Source: Candidatus Bathyarchaeota archaeon
GTDB lineage: Archaea; Thermoproteota; Bathyarchaeia; Bathyarchaeales; DTEX01
Reading direction: 5' to 3'
Length of the DNA: 64,000 nt
Assembly (NCBI GenBank): GCA_963714275.1
Contig: CAVQNT010000002.1
Coordinates: forward strand, 736,001-800,000
Made by a program: the position numbers and the translations under genes. Below are positions 1-11,587 of this stretch, piece by piece (position 1 is the first letter of the stretch; each line of letters opens with the position of its first letter). The notes under the pieces were generated by a model. It was not told where the DNA came from, did no database searches, and saw only the letters and a list, made by a program, of their open reading frames with translations.

Positions 1-29
1 CCACACTTGGAGCACACGTATGCCACCAA
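1..29 (-). CDS. 5' end of a CxxC zinc-ribbon protein running off the window (possibly RNA polymerase subunit Rpo12/P)
   Basis: Minus strand reads TTG/GTG-A-Y-V-C-S-K-C-G with a GAGAGGA SD-like element upstream. Only ~10 codons are visible. Confidence 0.35.
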
Positions 30-168
30 AAACGGTTCCTCTCTTTACCATCAGTAAATTAAGGAAGGTAAATTATCTTTCTATTCGATTCTTTACGCTG
101 GCGGTAAAACCCGAGGAATTAAGTTTTATTTATGCTGTGTTTTTTGTTTTTTGTTTTAGGTTCCCAAT

Positions 169-1149
169 CTATAAATCATCATGTTTGAAAACCATGCTTA
201 AGGCTCCGTGGGCAACAATGTACTCACCTAAGGGCGTGAGTAATATTTCTGGAAGCCTGTTTCGGGCATGGTCACACACGTACCGTTTTATGGGAGCAAT
301 CACGAGGTCAGCATTGTTTAAAGCGACAGCTCCTCCAACCGTTATGAGCGAAGGATCGTACGCATCAATCACGCAAGCGAATCCGATTGCGTTAAGACGC
401 CCTATATCTTCCACCAGCCCGACGGAAAGTGTGTCGCCAATCTTCGCGGTATCATAGAGAATTTTTGCTGTTAATTTGCTCAGATCTTTGTTGACTGCTT
501 TTAACAGTAGGCTGTTCGCCAGTTCATTCGGCTTCTTTTGTTCAAGAAGCAGTCTAACAAAATTCGGTATACTGCTTCCTGCGCAGTAGGCTTCCCAGTG
601 ACCTTTCTTTCCGCAACCACATTGTAAATATCCCATATTGTCAATGGTGAAGTGACCGATTTCGTGGGCGTTTCCGTCTTTCCCGATCAGCAGGTGATCG
701 TCAACGTAGACGCCGCCGCCTATGCCTGTGCTTATTGTTATGTAAGCCATGTTCTTTTGTGCTTTACCTGCGCCAAAATACTTCTCGCCTATTACGGCTA
801 CTGCGCAGTCGTTAAGAAGGTAAGTCGGCAGCTTAAAGGCATCCTCCAAGGGTTCAACCAATGGAACAAAGTCATAAGGCATGTTCGTCGGTTTCATCAA
901 TCCGCCTTTCTTCAGGTCCAAAGGTCCAGCTGAACCGATGCCTATGCCCACGATTGTTTTTGCTTCTAAATGTCCTTTCTGGAGAGACTGAATCATTTTT
1001 ACTAATTGGTTGCTTATGCTTTCTGGATCTTTGTTTTTTTCTGTTTTTTCAGAGAATTTATCCAAAATTTGCCCTTTTTCATCTCCCAGCGTGATTTTAA
1101 TGTTCGTAGCCCCAACGTCAATGCCAATAGCCAAACGCTTACTCATCAT
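169..1149 (-). CDS. ROK family sugar kinase (glucokinase-like)
   Basis: GIDVGAT N-terminal motif, LNDC, STGIGGG, and the EIGH...CGCGKKGHWEAY ROK zinc motif. Confidence 0.93.
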   Translation of the reverse strand: MMSKRLAIGIDVGATNIKITLGDEKGQILDKFSEKTEKNKDPESISNQLVKMIQSLQKGHLEAKTIVGIGIGSAGPLDLKKGGLMKPTNMPYDFVPLVEPLEDAFKLPTYLLNDCAVAVIGEKYFGAGKAQKNMAYITISTGIGGGVYVDDHLLIGKDGNAHEIGHFTIDNMGYLQCGCGKKGHWEAYCAGSSIPNFVRLLLEQKKPNELANSLLLKAVNKDLSKLTAKILYDTAKIGDTLSVGLVEDIGRLNAIGFACVIDAYDPSLITVGGAVALNNADLVIAPIKRYVCDHARNRLPEILLTPLGEYIVAHGALSMVFKHDDL

Positions 1150-1393
1150 TGACCAACCTTTAGCGACAATGTTCCTGTTGACTTCGTTGATTCGGTTTTT
1201 TTGCTATAATTTTTAACGATTAGGGTATTAGATTTCCTCACTGAAGGATATAAACTATACCGAAAACTCTTTTGTTCTAAAACGTAGACATATTAGGTTT
1301 CGTAGGTTCAGTAATATTCAAGAATAGAAACTCCTAAAATATTTCGTGGATTGAAATAACTCAGTTTGATAATAGATTCGTGAGAGGAAAAAA

Positions 1394-1744
1394 ATGAAGA
1401 TTGCATTTTACGTTGCTGTTGCTGTTGCCTTAGGTTTATTTGCGATGCTTGCTCCTCTCATGGCGTTCACCACCTATGGTTATCATTCAGTGATTTCACA
1501 AAGCGAGGTTGGACAAAAGTTTATCAGTGAAAGAGTTTGGAACGGGACAGATGCCACATCGTATGGAGGAAATAATAGTAATTCAGTTCAGTCATTATCC
1601 TTCAATGAGGCTGCCCAGCTTTACGGATGGATGGATGTCAGGACAGAACCGTTCCCGACAAGCTTGGTTCCCGCAATTCTTCTAGTAGTCACAGGCTTTG
1701 TTACAGCATTAGGAGCTGTACTTTTCCTCAAAAATCGAGTATAA
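1394..1744 (+). CDS. hypothetical membrane protein (two terminal TM helices)
   Basis: 116-aa ORF with GAGAGGA SD and hydrophobic N- and C-terminal segments. Confidence 0.7.
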   Translation: MKIAFYVAVAVALGLFAMLAPLMAFTTYGYHSVISQSEVGQKFISERVWNGTDATSYGGNNSNSVQSLSFNEAAQLYGWMDVRTEPFPTSLVPAILLVVTGFVTALGAVLFLKNRV

Positions 1745-1844
1745 TGGAACTCAAAAAACCTCAAGCCATAATGGTTTTTTTGTTTATAACTAGAAATTAG
1801 TTAATAGTAATAGAGCACATAATTCTTTTAAGAGGGCAATCAAA

Positions 1845-2331
1845 ATGTCGCTTCTTAACGTCATCTTTAACCGTGCAAGTGTAAGACGCTACACGTCTGA
1901 ACCAGTTTCTGAAGAGACTTTAAGAAACGTTTTGGAGGCAGGAAGAAGGGCGCCTTCAGCCATGAACGCTCAGCCTTGGCACTTCATTGTAGTGACGGAA
2001 CAAAAGTTGAAAGACCAACTTTCGGAACGTAGATGGACGGGTTTCGTTAAAGACGCCGCATTCGTCATGGTTGGGTGTGGAGAAAAAAAGAGTCGCTGGT
2101 CAACTGTTGATGTAGCCATCGCTTTACAGAATATGGTCATAGCAGTCTGAAGCGCAAGGTTTAGGCTCGTGTTGGATAGGCGACTTCGACCAGACTGAAT
2201 TGAAGGAGATGCTCGGAATCCCTGACAACCTTCGTGTCATCGCCTTGGTTTCGTTTGGGTATCCCGCGGAGAAGCCAGCTCCACGCAATAAAAAAAACTT
2301 AGAAGAGACTGTTCATTATAACAAATTCTAA
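1845..2331 (+). CDS. nitroreductase family protein (1-bp frameshift near 2147)
   Basis: RASVRRY and APSAMNAQPWHF motifs. After a 1-nt shift it continues AEAQGLGSCWIG...VHYNKF* to TAA at 2329-2331. Confidence 0.9.
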
Positions 2332-2565
2332 GGCAGCCTATTCCCGCCATTTTTCTTTTAAGGCATGGTTAATATCTCTCGAACTTCATGTTTCTTAGAC
2401 AAATTTCTGTTGAACGCATTCATCGTTATGTTTACTGATTCACTTTTTTTAGCCATTAAAAACATTCATACTCCAAATTGTTGTTGTGTCCCTAAAAAAA
2501 TTAGATTGTAGCAACAAGTTATTCAAGGAACGCTGGAAAAATACCTGAAAAATTGGTGAAACTTA

Positions 2566-5400
2566 CTATTTCCATTTCCATATTTTCCGACGCATAAAGA
2601 CCTCTGGCAAGATAAACAGTCCCCAACTTGCCACTCCTATCACGTACGCTAAATCTGTCAGGCTTAATGGCGATAGACCGAACATTTTGGCTGTCACAGG
2701 AATATACGTTATGCCTAAAGTAGCTGCTATTGAGATTACCTCTGCGATGACGAAGAATTTGTTTTTGAAACTGTCTCGTCCCATTCTCCACACGCTTCGG
2801 GTTTCTGAACGGCAATTCCAAACCACGAACAATTCGAACATGGCTGCTTGAACAAAGGCTGTTGTTCGAGCCTCCATAAGGGTTTCTTTCGTCATGAACC
2901 CATGAGCTGGCCAAACGTAGTATTCGAGGCAGAACACTAGTATTGTGCCTGTTGCCTGAAGAATAAAGGACGCCAGAATGAAAGCGCCCATGCCGTGTAA
3001 GATGCCTTCGTCTGGTTTCCGTGGCTTCCTTTCCATGACGTCTTCGTCCGGTGGGTCTGTAGCCAGCGACACTGCAGGCGCGCCGTCTGTGACAAGGTTG
3101 ATCCACAGTATCATGGCTGGAAGTAACGGTAGAGGAAACTGTTCAGGGCTGAATATTCCTCCCAGAATTGCGAAGGAGCCTATAACTAGTAGTTCGTCGA
3201 AGTTGCACGAAATTAGGAAACGGGCATACTTTCTAATATTATCGTAGATGACTCTTCCTTGCTCAACCGCCTTCACGATTGTTGCAAAGTTGTCATCCGT
3301 CAAAACAAGGTCAGAGGCTTCGCGGGTTACGTCGGTTCCTGTTATCCCCATCGAAACGCCGATGTCTGCAGCTTTAACCGCAGGCGCATCGTTAACGCCG
3401 TCTCCCGTCATTGCCACAATGTGACCCCTTGCCTTCAAGGCTTTTATTATTCTTAGCTTGTGCTCTGGCGACACTCTCGCGTAAACCGCTACACTTTCCA
3501 CGATTTTCTCGAATTCCTCGTCACTCTTGCCATCGAGTTCAACGCCTGTCAAGACGAGGCTGTCTTCCTTCATCATTCCGATTTCTTTCGCGACTGCAAC
3601 GGCTGTGAGTTTGTGGTCTCCCGTTATCATGACCGTCCTTATTCCAGCCCTAACGCATTGCTTGTTAGCTTCAATCGCTTCCTCTCTGGGCGGGTCAATC
3701 ATCCCTTCCAGTCCCACGAATACCAAGTCGTCCTCAACTGCTTCCTTGTTGACTTCGTTAAACTCGCTTGGAAGATGCTTGTAAGCCATAGCCAGAACAC
3801 GCAACGCTGAGTTAGCCATCTGCTCGTTGACTTCCAATATTTTTTTACGGACAGCTGCCATCAGCTTCTTTTCCTTGCCTTCCACAAGAATACGGGTGCT
3901 TCTTTCCAGCACAACTTCCGGTGCACCCTTCATGAAAGCTACTTTACCTTTCTCAGGCGTCACGTGAATGGTCGACATACGCTTCCTTTCAGAAGTAAAG
4001 GGCGCCTCTCCAGTGCGGGGGTACTGTTCAGCTAAAAGTTGCTGGGTGAACCCCGCCTTTGCAGCAGAGACCACGAGTGCTCCCTCAGTGGGATCGCCCA
4101 TGATGACCCATGATCCTTTCTCGTCCTGTTCAAGCTGAGCGTTGCTGCATAAGGAGCCAATTTTCAGCAGCATCGAAACATCAGGATCAGATGCTGGATT
4201 GATTTTTTTACTGCTTTGAAATTCGCCTTTAGGTTCGTAGCCGACTCCGGAAACTTCGATTAACTGGTTTCTCACATGTAGTCTGCGGACCGTCATTTCT
4301 CCTTTTGTTAAGGTTCCAGTTTTGTCTGAGCAAATGACCGTGACTGCCCCTAAGCCTTCGGCGGCTGAAAGCTTTCGTATTATGGCGTTCCTTTTGGCGA
4401 ATTCTCGCGCTCCCAATGCAAGGCTTATGGTTACTATCGCGGGTAAGCCTTCTGGGACAGCTGAGACAGCCAGCGAAATTGAGGACATGAAAGCTTGAAT
4501 GAACCCTTCAACGTCTATCACTCCTTGTCCATGCCAAAGCACTGAAGCTACTTCGAAAGCTTCTAGCCCAAAAATCACTATACAAACTAAAACAACAATT
4601 TTACCGATTTTTTTGGCAAAGGCGTCAAGCTTCTTCTGTAACGGAGTTTCCTCTTCTTCAGCCTCTTGAACGAGCTCAGCAATCTTCCCAAATTCTGTTT
4701 GCATGCCAGTTGTCGTAACTACGGCTTTACCGCGACCATAAGTGGTATGAGTTGCTGTGAAGACCATGTTTTGCCTGTCTGAGACAGGTGTGTTTTCTGA
4801 AAGAAATGCTGAAGCGTCTTTTCCTACAGCAGTAGATTCTCCAGTTAAAATTGCCTCGTCCGTCTTTAACTCGATGCTTTCTATCAACCGCGCGTCTGCT
4901 GCCACATGATCCCCAGATTCGAGAACAAGTATGTCGCCGGGAACAATCTCGCGTGCTGGAACAATTGTTTCTTTCCCTCCCCTTATCACCCGAGCTTTAG
5001 GGGCTGCCAGTTTTTTCAAGGCTTCAAGGGCTTTTTCAGCGCGGTATTCCTGAATGAAACCAGCTACTGCAACGAGAATCACGATTATGCCTATAACGAT
5101 GGTGTCAGCGTATGTTTCCAAAGCGTCTTTAGGAGGTTCACCTGGCAGCAGAGGCTGTTGAAGCTCATAATAACCGATCACTACCGAAAAAATGGCAGCT
5201 GCGATAAGGAGTAGAATGAAAATATCCCGGAACTCATCAAGGAACATTTTGATGGGCGTTCTTCGTTTCCGCTCTTTCAACTCGTTGAACCCATACTGTC
5301 CTAAACGTGTCTTGGCTTCCTGTTCGCTTAGACCATCTTTGGAACTTCCAAGGTTCTTTAGGGTTTCGTCGGTTGCCTTGCTGTGCCAGTTTTCAGCCAA
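2566..5400 (-). CDS. cation-transporting P-type ATPase (P2, Ca2+-type)
   Basis: [32 protein letters not shown] and WINLVTDG motifs; 944 aa; TTG start. Confidence 0.96.
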   Translation of the reverse strand: MAENWHSKATDETLKNLGSSKDGLSEQEAKTRLGQYGFNELKERKRRTPIKMFLDEFRDIFILLLIAAAIFSVVIGYYELQQPLLPGEPPKDALETYADTIVIGIIVILVAVAGFIQEYRAEKALEALKKLAAPKARVIRGGKETIVPAREIVPGDILVLESGDHVAADARLIESIELKTDEAILTGESTAVGKDASAFLSENTPVSDRQNMVFTATHTTYGRGKAVVTTTGMQTEFGKIAELVQEAEEEETPLQKKLDAFAKKIGKIVVLVCIVIFGLEAFEVASVLWHGQGVIDVEGFIQAFMSSISLAVSAVPEGLPAIVTISLALGAREFAKRNAIIRKLSAAEGLGAVTVICSDKTGTLTKGEMTVRRLHVRNQLIEVSGVGYEPKGEFQSSKKINPASDPDVSMLLKIGSLCSNAQLEQDEKGSWVIMGDPTEGALVVSAAKAGFTQQLLAEQYPRTGEAPFTSERKRMSTIHVTPEKGKVAFMKGAPEVVLERSTRILVEGKEKKLMAAVRKKILEVNEQMANSALRVLAMAYKHLPSEFNEVNKEAVEDDLVFVGLEGMIDPPREEAIEANKQCVRAGIRTVMITGDHKLTAVAVAKEIGMMKEDSLVLTGVELDGKSDEEFEKIVESVAVYARVSPEHKLRIIKALKARGHIVAMTGDGVNDAPAVKAADIGVSMGITGTDVTREASDLVLTDDNFATIVKAVEQGRVIYDNIRKYARFLISCNFDELLVIGSFAILGGIFSPEQFPLPLLPAMILWINLVTDGAPAVSLATDPPDEDVMERKPRKPDEGILHGMGAFILASFILQATGTILVFCLEYYVWPAHGFMTKETLMEARTTAFVQAAMFELFVVWNCRSETRSVWRMGRDSFKNKFFVIAEVISIAATLGITYIPVTAKMFGLSPLSLTDLAYVIGVASWGLFILPEVFMRRKIWKWK

Positions 5401-5647
5401 TGTGGTCCCACTTTAAAGTAAATTCTATCTCTAACACTCATTTTAACCTATAAGGCTTTTGTGAATACATAATACAACAAAACCTTCGTATGACAGAGAA
5501 AGTTCCGTTTATGGAATTTCGTCAAGTTACTGTCAAGATATATATGCGTTAAAATTCTTGAACACACTGTATGATACGTAAATTATAAGAAACCAGATTT
5601 TTTGAAAGGCTTTATTATGTAGCCATTGGATGTGGTTGCGAGGAATA

Positions 5648-6316
5648 ATGGTGGTCATAAAGGCGGTTCTTTTCGACCTCGGAGGAACACTGATCAAAAC
5701 CGCTCCTGTTCCGATTATTTTCGAGAGAATTTTATTGAGTCACGGAATTCAGGCGCAAGGAAATATTGACGAAGCTTTTCTTGACGAAGTTGCCAAAGAA
5801 ATGGTTCATGATTACGGGTTACCTTACCGAAAGTTTTGGCGCATTTACAATGGAAAAATTTTGAGGAAAATGGGACTCAGCGAGGACCTTGAAAAGCTGG
5901 CTGACATAATTTCCGATGAATGGTGGGACAACGCGGACCTTGAATTATATCCTGAAGTGAAGGGCACGCTACTGATGCTTCGAAGGCAAGGGTTGAAACT
6001 GGGAATTGTAACAAATGGCTTCCGAAAGGACGTTGACGACATATTTTCAAGGGTTGGTTTGACTGACCAGTTTGATGCAGCAGTAGGCGTGGACGACGTG
6101 GGAAAGCCGAAGCCTGAGAAAAAGATATTCTTGTACGCCTTAGAGAAGTTGTCAATCAATCCCCTAGAAGCACTATTCGTAGGAGACAACTTAGAGCTTG
6201 ACTATAAAGGGGCAGAAAGGTCTGGGTTGAAGCCTTTATTGATTGATCGGAACAACAAGGCTCGCGACGATGTAAGAAAAATTTATAATCTGAAAGAAGT
6301 GACGCAATTCCTCTAG
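5648..6316 (+). CDS. HAD-superfamily hydrolase (subfamily IA)
   Basis: FDLGGTL motif I, VTNG, KPKP and VGDNLELD motifs. Confidence 0.9.
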   Translation: MVVIKAVLFDLGGTLIKTAPVPIIFERILLSHGIQAQGNIDEAFLDEVAKEMVHDYGLPYRKFWRIYNGKILRKMGLSEDLEKLADIISDEWWDNADLELYPEVKGTLLMLRRQGLKLGIVTNGFRKDVDDIFSRVGLTDQFDAAVGVDDVGKPKPEKKIFLYALEKLSINPLEALFVGDNLELDYKGAERSGLKPLLIDRNNKARDDVRKIYNLKEVTQFL

Positions 6317-6336
6317 AATTCGTTGTAAATGTGTCC

Positions 6337-6981
6337 TTATGGTTTTTCTATCAGGTTTTTCTTTTCTTGTTCGGTTAGTTCCGAGTAGCCTTGGTCTTCC
6401 GTGATTGTTGCTATGTCGAAGCTGTCACCCGTGTAAATGTCCCGTTTCATTGCTGACCGAATTGCGTTTGCAGCAAGAACCAGTCCTTCTTTAAGGTTCA
6501 TCTGTTTGTTGTAGCCGCTTTCAAGAACTCCATAGGCAACAGGAGAGCCTGAGCCCGTCGATATCATTTCGTCTTCGATTACGCTTCCGAAAGGATCTAA
6601 AGAATACAGGTGGAATCCTTCTGAGTCGTAGCCTCCGACAATGATCTGGACAGCGTAGGGGTAATACCTCTGAGAAAACAGGACTGAAGATGCGAGGTTT
6701 GCGATTGTCTTAACGGGTGCTTCACGTTTTCTCTGAAGACCGTAAATCGAAGCGTTCGCCTTCAGAATGTCAAGCAAGTTCAGGGCTTCAGCGGGGACGC
6801 CTGCTATGGTCATGCCTATGTTCCGTGTTACCTGGTAAACCTTCTTTACCTTTTTGTGCGCCACGAAGCCCGGAAGCATCGTCGCCCGCGTGTCCGTAGC
6901 CATTATAACGCCATCGACACACTTAATCGCCAAGGTGGTGGTTCCCTTCAATTTCATGTTATCGGCTTTAACTGGATACAT
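6337..6981 (-). CDS. psmB: archaeal proteasome beta subunit
   Basis: Short propeptide ending KG|TTT (catalytic Thr), ATDTRAT, STGSGSPVAYGVLE and RDIYTGD motifs. Confidence 0.95.
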   Translation of the reverse strand: MYPVKADNMKLKGTTTLAIKCVDGVIMATDTRATMLPGFVAHKKVKKVYQVTRNIGMTIAGVPAEALNLLDILKANASIYGLQRKREAPVKTIANLASSVLFSQRYYPYAVQIIVGGYDSEGFHLYSLDPFGSVIEDEMISTGSGSPVAYGVLESGYNKQMNLKEGLVLAANAIRSAMKRDIYTGDSFDIATITEDQGYSELTEQEKKNLIEKP

Positions 6982-7154
6982 TCACGTAACCTCTAGACAT
7001 GCAAAAAAGAAGAAACAACATATAAACATTTAGACTTAAGAACTTTGATCGAATAGACATCGAACCAAAATAATTCAGTATTGCTCTTCAATAAAACAGC
7101 TAAACCATTAATCATGATGGTTTAAGCTAACAAATCGCCAATGTTCATGTAAAC

Positions 7155-7163
7155 TTTATTATA
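7155..7163 (+). promoter_or_regulatory. TATA box of the tRNA-Ile gene
   Basis: TTTATTATA about 26 nt upstream of the tRNA 5' end, with an A-rich BRE-like stretch upstream. Confidence 0.55.
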
Positions 7164-7188
7164 AGGAATCCCACAAAAATACTCTTGC

Positions 7189-7263
7189 GGGCTGGTGGCT
7201 CAGCTTGGCTAGAGCGTTCGGCTGATAACCGAAAGGTCGAGAGTTCAAATCTCTCCCGGCCCA
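7189..7263 (+). tRNA. tRNA-Ile (anticodon GAU), no intron, CCA not encoded
   Basis: Acceptor GGGCTGG/CCGGCCC, D-arm GCTC/GAGC, anticodon arm TTCGG-CTGATAA-CCGAA, T-arm GAGAG-TTCAAAT-CTCTC. Confidence 0.97.
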
Positions 7264-7470
7264 CTTTTAACTATGTTCCTACTAATGAAGGAATTCGTGT
7301 TACATTTGAGCTCAAATTGTTTCAGCGAGTAAGGAAATAAGTTCTTCCTGTTCCGATAACCCCTAGTTTCAGAACAAATTTACTCTGAATTTCTTCTTGT
7401 AGACTTAAGCCATATCAATTTATTCCGTCAGATCACCAATTGGGCAACCCATAACTTCCTCTCTTTTTTG

Positions 7471-7569
7471 TTACTTCAGGTTCTCCTCATTCTCAAAAAT
7501 GAACAGTTCGTCTATTGTTGTTTTCAGAACCTTGGATATGTCGTGTGCAAGTTTCAACGAGGGATTATA
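7471..7569 (-). pseudogene. 3' remnant of an XRE-family HTH regulator
   Basis: Reads [32 protein letters not shown], the typical C-terminal half of COG1476-type XRE proteins. The N-terminal half is absent. Confidence 0.75.
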
Positions 7570-7600
7570 GCTCACTGCTCACTAGATGATGTTCATAACT

Positions 7601-7978
7601 TTAAAAGTTGCGGCGGGTTTGCAAATGTGCAATAGTTGAGAGTGATTCATGTTTCTTAATGTGGCTCGCATACACGCGAAAGTATAGTGTTTTTGAGTTT
7701 CGAAGTTTAGTTAGCCAGCCCATTCGGGTCAGTTGGTTAAGGTAGCTACTTTCGATTGCACGCGAACGTCCTGTTAGATTGGACACTTCTGTTGCACTGC
7801 ATTCACCTTTGGATGCCACGGCCAAGTAGGTCTTTCGAAGATTATCTGGCAAGGAGAAGAGTTCTGACTCGGATAAATTTAGAGGCTGAGGCTGCCAATT
7901 TGAAAACGTGTTTTCTATGTCGTCGAGGCGGAAACGTATGTTCTGCAGTTCTTGGAAAATTCGATCTAATCTCACCAT
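7601..7978 (-). CDS. winged-HTH transcription regulator with N-terminal coiled-coil
   Basis: LPDNLRKTY...SATEVSNLTGRSRAIESSYLNQLTRMGWL...TLYF wHTH pattern. Confidence 0.8.
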   Translation of the reverse strand: MVRLDRIFQELQNIRFRLDDIENTFSNWQPQPLNLSESELFSLPDNLRKTYLAVASKGECSATEVSNLTGRSRAIESSYLNQLTRMGWLTKLRNSKTLYFRVYASHIKKHESLSTIAHLQTRRNF

Positions 7979-8151
7979 TTTTAATGCTCCTAAGCAATGC
8001 AATTCTATTACTTTTAGTTTTAAAAGACAAATTTAACGTTTTTTGATAAGTGCTCTTAAGCATTTTGTCAATTCTCATTTGAAAGACCATCTCTCATATG
8101 AATTTGGCTTTGCAAAACCGTAAATTTGACTAATGACGCCGAGTGTGGAGG

Positions 8152-8853
8152 TTATAGTCTTAAGTCTATTACGGTTGTGCCAGCAAACTTGTCAAAATAT
8201 CTGATATATCTCTCGTCCTTAAGTTTATACCCAATGATCAGGTCGAAGGGCAATAAAAAAACTTTGCCAAAATTTCTCACAGCAGTATGATCGTAGAAAA
8301 GCTTTTTTCCGTCAATCCGCACAACTGAAAGCCCAATAATCCGTTTTCCTAAACTTTGTCCAGCAAATCCTTCAAGAAGTGTAAAGTATATCCACAAAAG
8401 AACGAGAGTAAAGAGAATGCTATTGACATCTAAAATCGATTCTGGACCCTTTATGAGCCAGGAAAAAGTATTTGGCAAAGCCATGAAAACTGCAAAGATT
8501 ATTACGATGTCTATAAGAAATGCATATGTTCGTTTCATAAAGGTGGCAAGAGGGAGCACGGAAGTTTTCTTTGCAAGGTCAATTTCGACAGCCCATGCTT
8601 CGATGTCTCTAATTAGTCTTATTGCGTTTTCGCCCACCTTAGTTAATTGATACTTGCCGGTTGGTGTTTGCTCAATAAAAGCAGTTAGGCTTCGAATGTG
8701 AAAACTCAGTTTACCAGTATCTATATTGAGAGCGTTCATCAGGTCGGTAAAGGAACATACTCCTTTTTCACTAAGGTTAAAGAGAATCTCTCTTCTCAGC
8801 GGATGAGATAGTACTGAAAGAATTCTTGATACGTTATCTTGATCAACTGCCAT
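8152..8853 (-). CDS. ArsR-like wHTH fused to an RDD-family membrane domain
   Basis: LSHPLRREIL...SFTDLM...GKLSFH HTH, then KRTYAFLID, GQSLGKRIIGLSVV and DKFAGTTV RDD motifs. Confidence 0.85.
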   Translation of the reverse strand: MAVDQDNVSRILSVLSHPLRREILFNLSEKGVCSFTDLMNALNIDTGKLSFHIRSLTAFIEQTPTGKYQLTKVGENAIRLIRDIEAWAVEIDLAKKTSVLPLATFMKRTYAFLIDIVIIFAVFMALPNTFSWLIKGPESILDVNSILFTLVLLWIYFTLLEGFAGQSLGKRIIGLSVVRIDGKKLFYDHTAVRNFGKVFLLPFDLIIGYKLKDERYIRYFDKFAGTTVIDLRL

Positions 8854-9462
8854 CTTTCAAACCTGAACCTTGTTCTGCAGTATGACTCTGAATCAGATAA
8901 AGCTAATGTGGAATTTTTAATTCGCACTAAGACCATACGTATTCCCTTGTCAAATATTATGTGATTTAGTTGGCTAGGTCTCGTCGGTCGTCACTTCAGC
9001 TTCAAACTAATCGACAGTTTACCTATTCAAATGGATGGGGGTTGGTGCAAGTTAAAACTCAGCCTGTTGGATTCGAAATAAGAGGGCTTCGATTATGACT
9101 CTTTCTTTGTCTACTTTAACTGAACTTTGGGTTATAATGAAACGTTTTGCTCTTCTATCGTTCTTATTCAGGAAATTTAGCGCGCGCATCTGATTTGTTT
9201 GTGCAAACTGTGATTATTATTTTGTTATTTTGCTTCGAGAATATGTTGTGTGCATGTGAAAAACACCTCTACACTTATCTTCAAATAAAACCGAGTGATA
9301 TCTTTTCACGCGGGAGAAAAGAAAAAAAGAAGGGGGTTGTGGGAGCTGCTTTGGCAAGAAGAATACAACTAAGACCGAACACGAGAGTTCTGAAGAATAC
9401 TTGTCATAGTTTAGTTGAGATTGTCTATCGTAGGCTTCTTGGTGTGCTAACTCAGCTAATTC

Positions 9463-9684
9463 AGCTTCGTGAAAAACAGCATCTGTGTCTTTCATTATTT
9501 CTTTAACTAGGTTGAAGTCTCGGATGTCACCTTTTACGAAGTGGAAGTCTTCTCGGTCTTGACACTGAGCTATATTCTCTGATCGTCCAGTGCCTAGGTT
9601 ATCAATGACCGTTACTTCGAAACCTTCGCTGAGAAGTCTGTCCACGAGGTGGCTGCCGATAAACCCTGCGCCACCAGTCACGAT
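9463..9684 (-). pseudogene. 5' remnant of an NAD-dependent epimerase/dehydratase
   Basis: IVTGGAGFIGSHLVDRLL...IDNL...GDIRD...DAVFHEA, after which similarity stops. Confidence 0.85.
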
Positions 9685-9793
9685 CTCCCTAAGTCACTAG
9701 CTTTTTACTGTTTCACGTGTGTCATTCAAAAAATCTAATCATGAAACGATTTCCCTTGCAGTCACATGCCATTTATTTAGTGACTGCGTTAAA

Positions 9794-11359
9794 TCACTGG
9801 AATAGGTTAATTGGGTTACGAATATCGCAAAGAAAATTTATAGACTGAAAATGTTCTAGGCTGGGTTTGCCACCGCGTCTTCTCATTACTAAAAGCCCGA
9901 CGATGACAGCGACCGCGGCAACGCCACCCCCTATTATTATGTACATCATTGGGAAGCCTTCTCCGATGGGAGTCAACGTCACATTCGGGTTTGTGCTCAC
10001 TGTCTCAACACTGGGAATTATGGCTCCAGTAAACTGGATTCCTTGGTAATCGGGCACTCCGTTCCAGTGGTTTATTTCGACTATTATGTCTTTGTCAGAA
10101 CTGATCATGTGGTTTCCTGGTATAGTGTATACAAAGTAATTGTTAGCGCCTATTGTATGGGTCGCGTCGTCGATTGTTACATGAGTTTCCTGGTTTGCAA
10201 AGAAGTAGACCTCAACTTGTGAGGCTACGGGAAGGTAAGTCTCGGTTCCTTCGTTGGCTCGGACGCCAATGAACGAGACGGCTTCGCCATAGCCCGAGTA
10301 GGGTCCTCCTGCAGCGCTCTCAAGAGGACGTGTCTGCTCAATACTGCCATTGTGAACCAAGGATAACGTGATTGGTTTGTCGCTTTGAACAGATAATGCA
10401 TTTGCCCCTGGTGGTTGTATGCCAATCCCAGTTCCTCCTACAACAGTGTATTCTTTTATTACTTGTTTGGTTTCAAGGTCATATACCGTCACTTTAGCGT
10501 CCTCAGTAGCTGAAATTCGGTATCCATAATCTCTTCTTGGATCATAAGATGTGATTGATTTTGTGACGAAGAATTTTCCTACGAAGCCACCTTCAGCGCA
10601 TGGAACAGCGAAACAATTTACGTCTCCCCCCCATAGTGGTACTATTCCAGCCTGTAACATGATATTGCCTGTGGACTCGATTTTGTAGACTCTGAAGGCT
10701 GTGAACGGGTAATTCTTGTATGCGTTGGCTTCCAAGGAAACGGTGTTTACAGTGTTATCTTCCTTGGTTATTGTGACCGTGGATTTTTCTAATGCTAGTA
10801 TCGTATATTCTGCTGCTGCTCCTCCTCCTCCTCCTTCAGAAGCCATGAACACAAATTTTTTGCCAACGTACAAACCATCAACAGATGTATAAAACGTGGA
10901 CGGTACTGGTCCTGTTACGTTACTTAAAGGTACTGACCCATAATTTAGGAGTAAAACAGAAACTATCTTGTCTGACACCACTTTAAAGAATGTTCCATTT
11001 GGTAAAAGCGTGTATTGATTTTCCATGTTGTTTAAGTGGCCTTCTGAAATCTGTTCACCAGTCGTCAAATTATAAACCACAAAGTTGGTGCCATCTTCTG
11101 AAGCAACAACTGAGAGCAGAGACATGTTGTTGTTGATGTTGATGTCTCTGACATTTTTCTGTAGCTGCCAAGCTGAGTTGGAGTCGAAGGGATCAGTGAG
11201 ATTGTATCTGTAGGTCTTAAACGGGACAACACCATAATAAGTATAATCTGGATTACTAACGGAAAGGTGAATGGACGAAAACAACGGGAAATTAAGGCAA
11301 ACAATGAGTATGACAATAACAAGACAGGGCAAATTAATCAAGTTTTTCTGAGGCTGCAA
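9794..11359 (-). CDS. secreted beta-rich surface protein with C-terminal TM anchor (IgGFc-binding-domain-like repeats)
   Basis: Signal peptide, recurring (V/I)xSDK(I/P)(V/I) strands, and a C-terminal TM followed by RRR. The true stop is probably near 9856 (1-bp shift). Confidence 0.7.
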   Translation of the reverse strand: MQPQKNLINLPCLVIVILIVCLNFPLFSSIHLSVSNPDYTYYGVVPFKTYRYNLTDPFDSNSAWQLQKNVRDININNNMSLLSVVASEDGTNFVVYNLTTGEQISEGHLNNMENQYTLLPNGTFFKVVSDKIVSVLLLNYGSVPLSNVTGPVPSTFYTSVDGLYVGKKFVFMASEGGGGGAAAEYTILALEKSTVTITKEDNTVNTVSLEANAYKNYPFTAFRVYKIESTGNIMLQAGIVPLWGGDVNCFAVPCAEGGFVGKFFVTKSITSYDPRRDYGYRISATEDAKVTVYDLETKQVIKEYTVVGGTGIGIQPPGANALSVQSDKPITLSLVHNGSIEQTRPLESAAGGPYSGYGEAVSFIGVRANEGTETYLPVASQVEVYFFANQETHVTIDDATHTIGANNYFVYTIPGNHMISSDKDIIVEINHWNGVPDYQGIQFTGAIIPSVETVSTNPNVTLTPIGEGFPMMYIIIGGGVAAVAVIVGLLVMRRRGGKPSLEHFQSINFLCDIRNPINLFQ

Positions 11360-11587
11360 GATTATACACCTCTAATTATTCTCACCTTATATTATACTGG
11401 TTATATTTAAAACATTTCAGAAACAATAATTTCAGAATTCACTGTGTTTTTCTAAAAATGTTTGATGATATCTCCTTTCAGGGAAAGACGTAATAATTTA
11501 GTTCTCTCTATAGACAATCATTTTAATTAGTTAGCCATTTTATTTAAGCAGAATCTCCTAAAAAAACTGAATCGTGGAGGAATCTGA

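Noticed and set aside
2519-5416. Alternative-frame and antisense ORFs over the P-type ATPase (and similar shadow ORFs elsewhere, for example 56004-56534 and 24065-24634)
   Set aside because: They overlap well-supported genes and have no recognisable motifs.
9147-9506. 119-aa plus-strand ORF and the C-terminal half of ORF 9217-9681
   Set aside because: No protein-like features. The latter is run-on from a truncated epimerase stub into non-coding DNA.
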